Of a stretch of 64,000 nucleotides of DNA, positions 1 through 9,794 are shown in pieces (position 1 is the stretch's first letter; each line of letters opens with the position of its first letter). Below the pieces are notes generated by a model. It did not search any database. It was not told the DNA's origin and saw only the letters and a list, made by a program, of their open reading frames with translations. The stretch spans positions 3,954 to 67,953 of the forward strand of contig JBBDPN010000002.1 in assembly GCA_040876265.1 (NCBI GenBank), given 5' to 3'. Source of the stretch: Candidatus Woykebacteria bacterium. Lineage in GTDB: Bacteria; Patescibacteriota; Microgenomatia; Woykebacterales; RBG-16-39-9b. A program made the position numbers and the translations under genes.

Positions 1-910
1 CCTTTCAGGCGAATCAACACAAATAGATACTCCCTCCGGTCTCTCTTCCACAGCCGATGTTGAGAAAAGTACTTCAGTTTACGACCCGAAAATAATTGGT
101 GTAGTATCCACCAATCCTTCTGGCGAAGTGCTAGGCGAAGCTGCCAAAGACTTTCTTAACAATCCGAAACCAATTGCGATCATTGGACGGGTGCCGGTGA
201 AAGTTTCTGCTGAGAATGGAGATATTGCTCCAGGAGATCCGCTGACCTCCTCCAGCACGCCTGGAGTAGCCATGAAGGCTACGCAGAGCGGCCCTATTGT
301 AGGTAAGGCGTTGGAATCCTTCGACGGGGCTCAGGACGACATAGGTCGGATAATGGTGTTTGTGAGTGTGGGATGGTTCGTAGCTCCTCTGGATTCTGGA
401 TCTGGTATGGAGGATCTAGGCAGTATGAGCAGCCTGCATATCGAGGGCCTAACATCCAACACCATCAATACTCAACTACTGTTCGTCGGTGATAGGCAGC
501 TATCCATGGGCCCAGCCGGCGAGCTGGTGGTGGACGGCGACGTGAACGTGCTGGGCGACGTCACTATCGAAGGTGATTTAAACATAGATGGAGCTGTGCT
601 TGCTAAGTCATTAAGAACTAAAAGTATAGAGATTGATATACCCGCACCGGATCCAACAACTGGCAAATCCGCCGCAACTATTGGTGACGCTACGATTGTC
701 GCTGGACAGACTGAAATAGTAGTCAAGACCACCGCTGTGAAACCTGATAGCAAGATTTTCGTCACTGCCACCAGTACAACTAGCGGCCAGATCCCCTACG
801 TAGTTGAAAAACTAGCCGGTGAAAGCTTCAAGGTGAGGATCGACTCCCCAATCGGAACAGCTATTAAGTTCGATTGGTGGATAATCCAAGTGGCTAGTAG
901 TGGCAACTGA
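1..910 (+). CDS. 3' part of a large secreted beta-helix-like surface protein (5' end outside window). Paralog of the 11378..14119 gene.
   Basis: The frame is open from nt 2 with no stop until 910. The last ~250 aa align with the C-terminus of the 11183..14119 ORF (YD..IGVVST..GRVPVKVS.ENG.I.PGD.LTSSSTPGV.MKAT). Both end in an AIKF(D/T)W(W/F)I(I/L) motif. Confidence 0.6.
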   Translation, partial: LSGESTQIDTPSGLSSTADVEKSTSVYDPKIIGVVSTNPSGEVLGEAAKDFLNNPKPIAIIGRVPVKVSAENGDIAPGDPLTSSSTPGVAMKATQSGPIVGKALESFDGAQDDIGRIMVFVSVGWFVAPLDSGSGMEDLGSMSSLHIEGLTSNTINTQLLFVGDRQLSMGPAGELVVDGDVNVLGDVTIEGDLNIDGAVLAKSLRTKSIEIDIPAPDPTTGKSAATIGDATIVAGQTEIVVKTTAVKPDSKIFVTATSTTSGQIPYVVEKLAGESFKVRIDSPIGTAIKFDWWIIQVASSGN

Positions 911-1259
911 CGTATCGTCAACTAAAGAGTTTTTCTTTAAAATGAGGTCGTTATGGAAAAAATGCTACAGCACCTTTGTACCTACTTTGGGACTAGCTGA
1001 TTATGGAGATGGTATTGAGGAGGCGGTTAAAAGAGAAATACCAGTTGATGATCCCAGCAAAGAACTGGTAACTGAGCTCCAAGTTTAATTTTCTTGATGT
1101 CCAAGCCCCCAGTAGTTAGACCGAATGAACTCTTGCGTGCTGCCTCCATCTCCGTCCATCCAAAACCAACCCCACCTGGAACTCTTCGTGCAATTCTCAA
1201 ACAAACCGAGATTTCTGCCGAAAAGCTCAAAAAGCTTCTACCGGAGTCGTCAAGCCCAT

Positions 1260-1283
1260 GACAAGGCCTGGCCCTGTCAAGGG
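1260..1283. repeat. REP-like palindromic element (REP1, half copy) GACAAGGCCTGGCCCTGTCAAGGG just 3' of RAYT gene 1
   Basis: Same 24-mer recurs at 1997-2020. Core CCCTGTCAAGGG also at 5581-5592 and 36847-36856. Confidence 0.7.
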
Positions 1284-1291
1284 TTGATAGG

Positions 1292-1981
1292 TCAGTCTTT
1301 TTCGATAAGTAGGTGTCCGAGTATTTCCTCGGGCTCCACGTCGTAGGTTTCTACAAAATCTTTATAATTGGAATATTTATTTAGATTTAAGTTACCAAGT
1401 TTGGCAGGTTCAAAAAGTGACAAGATGGGCTGTGTATTTATCCAACTAGCTTTCCTCTCCCCTATATAAATAGGGTAGCTGGAGTAAGGGTACTCTGCCA
1501 GAAAGCCTTTGGTCAAACTAGGATTTTGGTGTATATAGCGCGATAGATGCAGTAGGTAATTGTCGTTGTCAACGAGCGTGGCCCTATACGGCCCTTGGAA
1601 TAAATGACCGACCCGATTATAGCGCCTATTAAAATACATAGAGTAAGTTGTCGATAACCGCAGTAGTAACTTTTTCATTCCTTCTTTCCCCTTTTGTCGA
1701 ACCATTAAGTGAAAATGATTAGGCATCAGGCAGTAACAGAACAGATCGATTTCTCCGCTTAGTGTGGATATAGGTCTGACACGATTGGGGACAAATCCAG
1801 TGAGATCTGTCAGTGGGTGCTTTTCTGGATTGGCGTTTGGCTCCAGATAAAACTTTAACAGGTGTAGAAACACTCGATAATCTTGATCGTCTAGAAAGAT
1901 CCTTCTCTTTTCTACCCCCCGATTATAAACATGATAATGACCATTTTCTACGTATTGCTTGATCCTATTCTTTGCGGGCAT
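1292..1981 (-). CDS. REP-associated tyrosine transposase (RAYT, IS200/IS605 TnpA-like Y1 HUH transposase)
   Basis: HUH motif LMPNHFHLM, RVGHLFQGPY and catalytic-Tyr block YIHQNP match the RAYT/IS200 TnpA layout. Start taken at the internal Met (MPAKNR) because the upstream 23 codons are encoded by the REP palindrome. Confidence 0.75.
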   Translation of the reverse strand: MPAKNRIKQYVENGHYHVYNRGVEKRRIFLDDQDYRVFLHLLKFYLEPNANPEKHPLTDLTGFVPNRVRPISTLSGEIDLFCYCLMPNHFHLMVRQKGKEGMKKLLLRLSTTYSMYFNRRYNRVGHLFQGPYRATLVDNDNYLLHLSRYIHQNPSLTKGFLAEYPYSSYPIYIGERKASWINTQPILSLFEPAKLGNLNLNKYSNYKDFVETYDVEPEEILGHLLIEKD

Positions 1982-1996
1982 AATCCCATTATCTTT

Positions 1997-2047
1997 GACA
2001 AGGCCTGGCCCTGTCAAGGGCCTTGGATGACAGGGCCAGGCCTTGTC
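1997..2047. repeat. REP1 full copy: 19-bp stem palindrome GACAAGGCCTGGCCCTGTC..GACAGGGCCAGGCCTTGTC
   Basis: Perfect 19-nt inverted repeat read directly. Sits immediately 5' of RAYT gene 1 and forms a direct repeat with 1260-1283. Confidence 0.8.
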
Positions 2048-2116
2048 CATTGGGGGGTTGACAGGGTATATTTTGGAGGGTTAGTGTTTAATTGTAAGGA
2101 TTAATTTGAGCGCATA

Positions 2117-4402
2117 ATGAAGGAAAATATTTCAATACTCTCTTTTAAGACGGTGCAAGTGGGACTTGTAATTCTCGCTTTTTTGATCCCGCTTTTTTTC
2201 CTACCAACCACTAGCGAATTTTACAATTTCAATAAAACCACCTTACTTACCATCGGAGCTTTCTTCCTATTTTTTGTCTGGTCAATAAGGATGGTTGCGG
2301 AACAACGAGTAAAGATGACCCGCACCGCATTAGATATACCTCTACTTATCTTTTTAGGGGTATACATAATTGCAACAGTTTTTTCCGTCGACCCAGTCGT
2401 TTCTTTTTTGGGCTGGCACCCAGTATTTTTTGGCTCGCTCCCTAGTGTAGCCGCACTTGTGATAATTTACTTTTTGGCTACAACTCATCTCGACTCTAGT
2501 TACAGAAAAGTAATTGTTTTAGCGATTTGTACCTCTGCTTCTATATTAGCGGCGCTTCTTATCGCCTATTACTTCGGACACCCGCTGGTAGGTACGGATT
2601 GGGCTCAATTGAGATCTTGGACACCGGCTGGAGATTTAAATAAATTAGTTGCCTTTTTGGGTATAACTATTCCCCTCACATTTTCGCTTTCCTTCTTATT
2701 AAAGGTAGAGGTGGGTAGGTACTTGGCTTTTGCATTGGCAGCTTTGCAGATCATCGCTTTCGCGTTGATTAACAGCTTGTTCGGCTATGTAATCCTGGCG
2801 ATAGCTGCCCTGGTGATTTTGATCTTCCTACCCAGACTATCTCTTTCTGTTGAAGAGAAGGTGATTTTTGGCGCCCTCGGTGCACTACTGGCAGCTATCA
2901 TTTTGATGGTTAATATCCAAGGTCTTGGCGATTCGATACTCAAACCTTTGATAGCCGGCGAAAACACTTCTGTAAATATAACCAAACCGATAAGGCTGCC
3001 TATCACTTCTTCTTGGCAAACCGGCGCCCGGGCGATTTCAGACCGACCGGTGTTTGGCACTGGACCTTCTACTTTTGGTCTGATATTCCCCACCTACAAA
3101 CCACTCTCTCTCAACAGAGTGAACGAAAATAATCTTTGGAATATCCGCTTTGATGAATCCGGCAGCGGTGTACTGGACATTTTGGCCACCACTGGAGTGG
3201 TTGGGGCTTTGGCATTTATCCTAGTCATAGTAGTGCTGGTTCGCAGCGTGATCAAATTTTCGGCTCGGGGTGAGGCAACCCGCGGCAGAACCGAATTTGT
3301 CTTTCTACAGGGAGCAATGGTGGCAGCCCTGGCAAGCCTCATATTTTTTAATCTATCCATACTAAATAGCCTGGCTCTTATTTTTCTGATCGCTATATTC
3401 TTCTCTACTCTCAGGGACTGGGGCTCGAACTTGGCTAGTGAAGTAAGCGTGGAGCTGATAGCGCTACGTAGTGGCGCGATACGCCAAATCGAAGGTGAAA
3501 GTAAATCGCCCAATTCTCTTGCTTGGGTATTCTTTATCCCCGCTTTGATACTATTTGCCGGTATCATCTTTTACTCCTGGAGTAGCTATCTGGCCGAAAT
3601 AAATTACCAAAAGGCAATTTTAAATTCTCAGGCAAACAAGGGCAGCGAGACTAGGGAGGCCCTGGTGGCCGCGATCAACGCCAACCCATACCGAGACACA
3701 TACCACCGCGCCCTTTTGGTTACCGATCTTGCTTTGGCCAGATCTTTGAACCAACAGGGGCAGCTGAATGAAGAGCAACAAACCACCCTTTTGGCGCTGG
3801 TACGCGAAGCAATAGATCAGGGAAGAATAATCACCGGCTACGAAGGCCGCGGCTTGGGACAGTTCCAAGTCAAGAGAGTCCCAGGGACATCGTCGGTAAA
3901 TGTCGCCAACTGGGAAAGTATCGCGACTGTTTACGCCAACATAGGTGGGGAGCTGCGTTCTGACGCCAGTGCCCACGCGATAAATACCTACACTCAAGCT
4001 ATAAACCTAGACCCCACCAACCCCAGGCTCTACGAGGCTCTGGGTAATGTTTACTTCAATGTCGGTGACGTGGATAACGCGATAAAAAATTATGAGATAG
4101 CCGTGGCCGCAAAAGGCGATTATGCCTCTGGCCACTACAATCTTGCCCAAGCGGTAAGGAGAAAGGGTGACAACCCAGCCAGAGTAGTGAATGAACTCCG
4201 AGCCACACTGCAACTGCTACGGGCAAATGAAACCGCCAATGAAGATCAGATCAAACAAGTTGAGGACGAATTAAAAGAAGCGGAGGCAGAACTAGCCAAG
4301 ACTCAACAGAGCCAACAGCAACAACAGCAAAGGCAAGAGCTGCAGTTGCAACAAGAACAATCTACCTCTAGTGCCTTACCTTCCTCCAACCCCGGCCAAT
4401 AG
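2117..4402 (+). CDS. Polytopic membrane protein, O-antigen ligase/Wzy_C-like, with C-terminal TPR repeats and a Gln-rich tail
   Basis: More than 10 predicted TM helices. A GARAISDRPVFGTGPSTFG block is typical of the O-antigen ligase family. The C-terminus has TPR-like repeats (NPRLYEALGNVYFNVGDVDNAIKNYEIA) followed by a QQQQQQRQELQLQQEQ tail. Confidence 0.5.
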   Translation: MKENISILSFKTVQVGLVILAFLIPLFFLPTTSEFYNFNKTTLLTIGAFFLFFVWSIRMVAEQRVKMTRTALDIPLLIFLGVYIIATVFSVDPVVSFLGWHPVFFGSLPSVAALVIIYFLATTHLDSSYRKVIVLAICTSASILAALLIAYYFGHPLVGTDWAQLRSWTPAGDLNKLVAFLGITIPLTFSLSFLLKVEVGRYLAFALAALQIIAFALINSLFGYVILAIAALVILIFLPRLSLSVEEKVIFGALGALLAAIILMVNIQGLGDSILKPLIAGENTSVNITKPIRLPITSSWQTGARAISDRPVFGTGPSTFGLIFPTYKPLSLNRVNENNLWNIRFDESGSGVLDILATTGVVGALAFILVIVVLVRSVIKFSARGEATRGRTEFVFLQGAMVAALASLIFFNLSILNSLALIFLIAIFFSTLRDWGSNLASEVSVELIALRSGAIRQIEGESKSPNSLAWVFFIPALILFAGIIFYSWSSYLAEINYQKAILNSQANKGSETREALVAAINANPYRDTYHRALLVTDLALARSLNQQGQLNEEQQTTLLALVREAIDQGRIITGYEGRGLGQFQVKRVPGTSSVNVANWESIATVYANIGGELRSDASAHAINTYTQAINLDPTNPRLYEALGNVYFNVGDVDNAIKNYEIAVAAKGDYASGHYNLAQAVRRKGDNPARVVNELRATLQLLRANETANEDQIKQVEDELKEAEAELAKTQQSQQQQQQRQELQLQQEQSTSSALPSSNPGQ

Positions 4403-4496
4403 TCAGTTTTCAAAATATATTTGAAGTTAAGTTCATTATTTGCTAAAATCCCCTTGCTCTCTTACATCTTATATCTTAAGTCTTAGATCTAAATAG

Positions 4497-4572
4497 GGGC
4501 CTGTGGCGCAATTGGTAGCGCGCCTCCATGGCATGGAGGAGGTTAGGGGTTCAAGTCCCCTCAGGTCCACCA
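4497..4572 (+). tRNA. tRNA-Ala (anticodon GGC)
   Basis: Cloverleaf read by eye. Acceptor GGGCCTG/CAGGTCC carries the G3:U70 Ala identity pair. Anticodon loop is AUGGCAU. CCA is encoded. Confidence 0.85.
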
Positions 4573-4573
4573 A

Positions 4574-4649
4574 GGGCCGTTAGCTCAGTGATCAGAGCGC
4601 TGCCTTCGCATGGCAGAGGTCGTGGGTTTAAATCCCACACGGTCCACCA
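4574..4649 (+). tRNA. tRNA-Ala (anticodon CGC)
   Basis: Acceptor GGGCCGT/ACGGTCC with G3:U70. Anticodon loop is UUCGCAU. Encoded CCA. One nucleotide after the previous tRNA. Confidence 0.85.
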
Positions 4650-4831
4650 TTCGACGCGCTGCGCTTGCTCTCTTCGAGTCTGAGCCTGAGGTCTCCTCCC
4701 TCAGAGTCGAAGACATGGCAAGCCAGCAAGGAGAATGTCCTGAGCGTAGTCGAAGGACAAATTTCATAAATCTAAGATTTAAATTTTAAGATATCTTAAA
4801 TCTAAAGTCTGAGATCTGACATCTATAATTA

Positions 4832-5554
4832 ATGAAAATAACCAAATACCCACAATCTAATTTCTTAATCGAAGACCAAAAGAAAAGAATTTTAATAGAC
4901 CCAGGTTACCTAACGTTTGAGAACTATCCGGAAGATGATTTTGGAGATCTGGAAGCCGTCCTAATCACTCATCAACACAAGGATCATCTAGACATCGAAC
5001 GGGTTAAGAATCTAGTAGGAAGCGAGATCCCACTATACACTAATAATGACGTTGCTTCTCTATTTGAATCTTCCAATATCGAAATAGCCAAGGTAAAGCA
5101 AGGTGAAGAATTCGAGGTAGCTGGTTTCAAAATTGAGCCAATTAACATTCCTCATTGTAAGCTACTTTACTGCAGGAAAGAAGGAAAAACTTTAGCTGCC
5201 ACCGATATAGTTCCCGGCAAAAAAGTTTGCAAGTCGCATCCGGACTTGGTGCCGGAAGAGATAGCTGGACCACCCAACACTGGTTTTGTGGTGAACAACA
5301 TTTTCTTTCATCCTGGAGATGGGATAGAAATTGATGGGTTAAAAGTTGCCAACGCAGCGATCCCCATTACCGGCCCTACAATCAACTATGATCGAGCTTG
5401 GAAATTCGCGGAATCTCTTGAAGCAAAAAGAGTAATCCCAATGCACTACTCCAACCCTCGCTTCCCTGCCGATCCTAATGAATTTATTAAGCATAAACTA
5501 GCAGGAGTAGAGGTAATAGTATTAAAAGACGGTGCCCCCACCAAAATTTCCTGA
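4832..5554 (+). CDS. MBL-fold metallo-hydrolase
   Basis: Metallo-beta-lactamase zinc motif ITHQHKDHLD (HxHxDH) in the N-terminal third. Confidence 0.65.
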   Translation: MKITKYPQSNFLIEDQKKRILIDPGYLTFENYPEDDFGDLEAVLITHQHKDHLDIERVKNLVGSEIPLYTNNDVASLFESSNIEIAKVKQGEEFEVAGFKIEPINIPHCKLLYCRKEGKTLAATDIVPGKKVCKSHPDLVPEEIAGPPNTGFVVNNIFFHPGDGIEIDGLKVANAAIPITGPTINYDRAWKFAESLEAKRVIPMHYSNPRFPADPNEFIKHKLAGVEVIVLKDGAPTKIS

Positions 5555-5577
5555 CCCACCAACCCAAGAAAGGGACG

Positions 5578-5591
5578 GACCCTGTCAAGGG

Positions 5592-5593
<2 letters not shown>
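5578..5593. terminator. Palindrome GACCCTGTCAAGGGTC between convergent genes; solo REP1-core copy, likely bidirectional terminator hairpin
   Basis: Perfect 6-bp stem with 4-nt loop. Shares the CCCTGTCAAGGG core with the RAYT-flanking REP1. Overlaps the obg stop codon. Confidence 0.5.
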
Positions 5594-6644
<1,051 letters not shown>

Positions 6645-6747
6645 TCATTCAAGTAATTTGGGTACTCTCAAATGCTGCCCGCCCTCCACAGTGTTACGGC
6701 GGACGGGCGACCACTGTCGTGGGCTACAAGTATTATTAAGTGGTAAA

Positions 6748-7461
6748 ATGGAAATAATGTTGAGAACCCTGCCAGCAATTTTAATTATTGGTTTTCTGGC
6801 CCTTATAGCTTACAACTTAGATCTTGCCTCAAAAGCGCTAGCGTTTAGCAGCAGTTCCACCAATTTTAATCTGGAGGCAGAATTTGGGATTTTTGGCGGT
6901 AGTAAATCTTCCGCTAGTTATACTCTAACCGACACTGGCGGAGGCTTTGCAGTTGGTTTTGGCAGCAGTACAAATTACGGTACTGGTAGTGGCTTTCAAT
7001 ACAATTACCAAGTGGCCGAAATACCAGAAATAATTTTCGCTATCTCCACCACCACAGTAAATCTAGGAACATTAAGTACTGCTTCGGTTTCCACCTCTTC
7101 ACACACGATCACTGTCACGGCCAACAGCAGCGGTTACAACGCCACTGTTGTAGAAGATGGCAATCTGCGCAGCGGCGGCAACGACGTAAATGATGTTTCT
7201 GGTGGCACGGTGGATGCTGGCAGTGAGGAATACGGCCTGGCCACTAGTAAATCTGGTCAAAATATCACTCAGGATACCTCTTGCGGCCCAGATCCAGACA
7301 ATGCCAGCGCTATCACTGGTTCACCCCAAACCGTCGCCAGTGCCGCTACCTCGGTGACCGGCGATTCAACAACCCTCTGCTACGCTGCTTCAATTTCCGG
7401 CACCACCCCCACCGGTTCTTACACTCACGTTTTAACTTACATAGCAACAGGTACGTTTTAA
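6748..7461 (+). CDS. Secreted Thr/Ser-rich surface protein with WxL-like C-terminal domain (paralog of 7613..8680)
   Basis: Start taken at ATG 6748 (MEIMLRTLPAILIIGFLALIA signal peptide, AxA site). The last ~100 aa are homologous to the next gene. It ends in SISGTTPTGSYTHVLTYIATGTF, like the distal Y...LTWxL motif of WxL domains. Confidence 0.5.
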   Translation: MEIMLRTLPAILIIGFLALIAYNLDLASKALAFSSSSTNFNLEAEFGIFGGSKSSASYTLTDTGGGFAVGFGSSTNYGTGSGFQYNYQVAEIPEIIFAISTTTVNLGTLSTASVSTSSHTITVTANSSGYNATVVEDGNLRSGGNDVNDVSGGTVDAGSEEYGLATSKSGQNITQDTSCGPDPDNASAITGSPQTVASAATSVTGDSTTLCYAASISGTTPTGSYTHVLTYIATGTF

Positions 7462-7612
7462 CTTTAGTCCACTTGACCCACACAAACATCCCACCCCCTA
7501 AATCACACCCCCGAGGAGTGATGCTAGGCCTGTGAAGATGTCAACTCCCGGTTGTGGATAGTTTTGCGGTGCTTGACAGCTTGTTTTCCGTTATGTCAAA
7601 ATTAAACAGAGA

Positions 7613-8680
7613 ATGCTACTACGTCTAATCATCTTTATTTCCGTCCTGACCTTGGCCATTTCGCCTATCTATTTCCAACAGCAGGTGCAGGCTGCTCCTC
7701 ACACCACAGTATCGGACACACTGAGCCGTTTGCAAACCTCTACAGCGGCCAACCACACCATTCAGTTTGATCTCGCCTCGGCTTGGAACGCCAGTGAAAC
7801 TGTTGTTATAGATTTTGTGGACGGTGACGGCTTTGATACCAGCGGTTTTGCCAATAGTGAGGCTGAGGACTACGACATCACCTGGGAAGGAAGTGAAAAG
7901 ACGATAGTTGCCAACGGAGGCTGTGCTGCTGACTCCATTGAAATTACTACGGTAAACACCTCCACCGACACTTTCACCTTTACTCTTTGCGCTGGTTCAA
8001 CTGCTTCCGCAGCGAATGACACTATCGTTATTGAAATCGGTACCCACGCTTCTGCCGGTGGCGGTGGTAATGATCAGATCACCAACGCCACCAGTACCGG
8101 TAGCAAGACGGTTACTATCACCGGGCCCACATCTGGAGACAGCGCCACCTTTGCTGTCGCTATGATGAGTAGCGATCAGGTAACTGTTTCAGCTACAGTA
8201 GATCCAACCATCACTTCTTCACTCAGTGCTTCGACTTGTAGTTTGGGCACCCTGGGTAGCGGTGCTATTAATTTCTGCTCCTACACCAACACTGTTTCGA
8301 CCAATGCTAGCAGCGGATATGTGTCCACTATTTTAGAGGATGGCAACCTCTGTTCCCCATCGGTGGCTAGTTGTACCAACGATATAGATGATGCCGATGG
8401 TGATGTGGATCAAGGAACCGAAGAATACGGAGTCAGTAGCAACGATACCACCGGTACTCAAGACATTGTGGATAGCACTGGTTGTGACGACTCTGGTACA
8501 GCTGAAAATGCTAGCGCCATTACGGGTACCGCTCAGGTTTATGCTGACAGCGGTGATGGGGATGCTGGTCCGGTATCTAGTGCGGTAACTACGGTGTGTC
8601 ACTCTGCTTCAATAGCTGGAACTACTCCAGCCGGAAGCTATGAACACACCGTAACCCACATCACTACTGGCACTTTCTGA
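7613..8680 (+). CDS. Secreted Thr/Ser-rich surface protein with WxL-like C-terminal domain
   Basis: Has a signal peptide. The C-terminus (SIAGTTPAGSYEHTVTHITTGTF) is homologous to the 6748 protein, with a shared DGNL...EEYG...NASAITG block. Confidence 0.55.
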   Translation: MLLRLIIFISVLTLAISPIYFQQQVQAAPHTTVSDTLSRLQTSTAANHTIQFDLASAWNASETVVIDFVDGDGFDTSGFANSEAEDYDITWEGSEKTIVANGGCAADSIEITTVNTSTDTFTFTLCAGSTASAANDTIVIEIGTHASAGGGGNDQITNATSTGSKTVTITGPTSGDSATFAVAMMSSDQVTVSATVDPTITSSLSASTCSLGTLGSGAINFCSYTNTVSTNASSGYVSTILEDGNLCSPSVASCTNDIDDADGDVDQGTEEYGVSSNDTTGTQDIVDSTGCDDSGTAENASAITGTAQVYADSGDGDAGPVSSAVTTVCHSASIAGTTPAGSYEHTVTHITTGTF

Positions 8681-8760
8681 TAGTTAGATGTAAGATGTTG
8701 GATCTAGGGTGTAAGATTTTTTTATCTTAAATCCTAAATCTTAGATCTTAAATCCAAACT

Positions 8761-9789
8761 ATGACTGCTCAACTGTCCTACAAAAAAATAATTACCATCA
8801 TCGCTGCTACAGCGTTTCTCCTCTCAACCTTTTTTGCAACCGTCGCGGCCCAGGAAGACACAACCGAGAACGGTACCACTGCCGGCATCGGTATCCAAGT
8901 CTCCGCACCGATCTACAACTTTCAAATTGATCCAGGAGATAGCGGTCAAGAAATAATTAAAGTACGCAACGTGGGTGATAAAGCAGAGACCTTTTACCCG
9001 GAGGTTTTTGATTTTCGTGCCTCCGGCGAAACTGGTACACCGGCCTTTATCCTAGACTCCCAAGCCGAGACTTATACCTACTCACTGGCTGCCTGGATAA
9101 CTATTTCCAAGCAGCCCATTACTCTGAAACCCAACGAGTCCACCGCTCTAAACTTTACTATAAACGTACCCAAAAACGCTGAGCCGGGTGGCCGCTACGC
9201 CGGCGTACTTTTTGGCACAGCGCCTCCGACAGCTGGCGCCAACCAAGTAGCCATTTCCAACAAAGTCGGTTCTCTCGTTCTTGTTCGAGTCTCTGGAGAT
9301 GCCAAAGAAGAAGCTAGTGTCGAAGAATTTTCCACTCCCAAGAATTTTTATCGTGAAGGTCCGGTGGATTTTGTAGCTAGAATTAAAAATACCGGCAATG
9401 TCCACGTGATACCCAAAGGAAATATTGATATTAAAGACACCTTTGGTCGCAAGGTCGCCAGCTTACCGGTAAATGAAAAAAATGGCAACGTGCTACCAGA
9501 AAGCATCCGCCGCTTTGACAAAGACAGCAGCAATCTCATCTGGGAACCGGGCGGGTTCACTGTTGGCCGCTACACCGCTACTTTGGCTCTGACATACGGC
9601 GATCCAGCCAAAAATCTGACCGCCCAGGTCACTTTTTGGGTCGTACCTTGGGTACAGCTACTGATAATTGCTCTGGCAGTAATCATCGTAATACTACTGC
9701 TCATCTTCCTGGTAAAACGCTACAACAAATGGGTTGTGGAGCAGGCTGAAAAGAACCAAACCAAAGAAACTCCTCCTGCCGGCACCTAA
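8761..9789 (+). CDS. Cell-surface protein with signal peptide, Ig-like region and C-terminal TM anchor (DUF916/DUF3324-like, CscA-like architecture)
   Basis: N-terminal signal peptide. C-terminal hydrophobic helix LLIIALAVIIVILLLIFLV followed by KRYNKW. This architecture is typical of the TM-anchored member of WxL clusters. Confidence 0.45.
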   Translation: MTAQLSYKKIITIIAATAFLLSTFFATVAAQEDTTENGTTAGIGIQVSAPIYNFQIDPGDSGQEIIKVRNVGDKAETFYPEVFDFRASGETGTPAFILDSQAETYTYSLAAWITISKQPITLKPNESTALNFTINVPKNAEPGGRYAGVLFGTAPPTAGANQVAISNKVGSLVLVRVSGDAKEEASVEEFSTPKNFYREGPVDFVARIKNTGNVHVIPKGNIDIKDTFGRKVASLPVNEKNGNVLPESIRRFDKDSSNLIWEPGGFTVGRYTATLALTYGDPAKNLTAQVTFWVVPWVQLLIIALAVIIVILLLIFLVKRYNKWVVEQAEKNQTKETPPAGT

Positions 9790-9794
9790 AGCCG

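Noticed and set aside
2785-4213. Antisense ORFs (102-157 aa) inside the O-antigen-ligase-like gene
   Set aside because: They lie entirely within a much longer, well-supported membrane-protein ORF on the opposite strand and have no motifs. They are typical shadow ORFs.
4299-4350. CAG/CAA trinucleotide run encoding the poly-Gln tail of the ligase-like protein
   Set aside because: It is short (about 6 perfect codons) and interrupted, so it is more likely a low-complexity tail than a contingency locus. Noted only.
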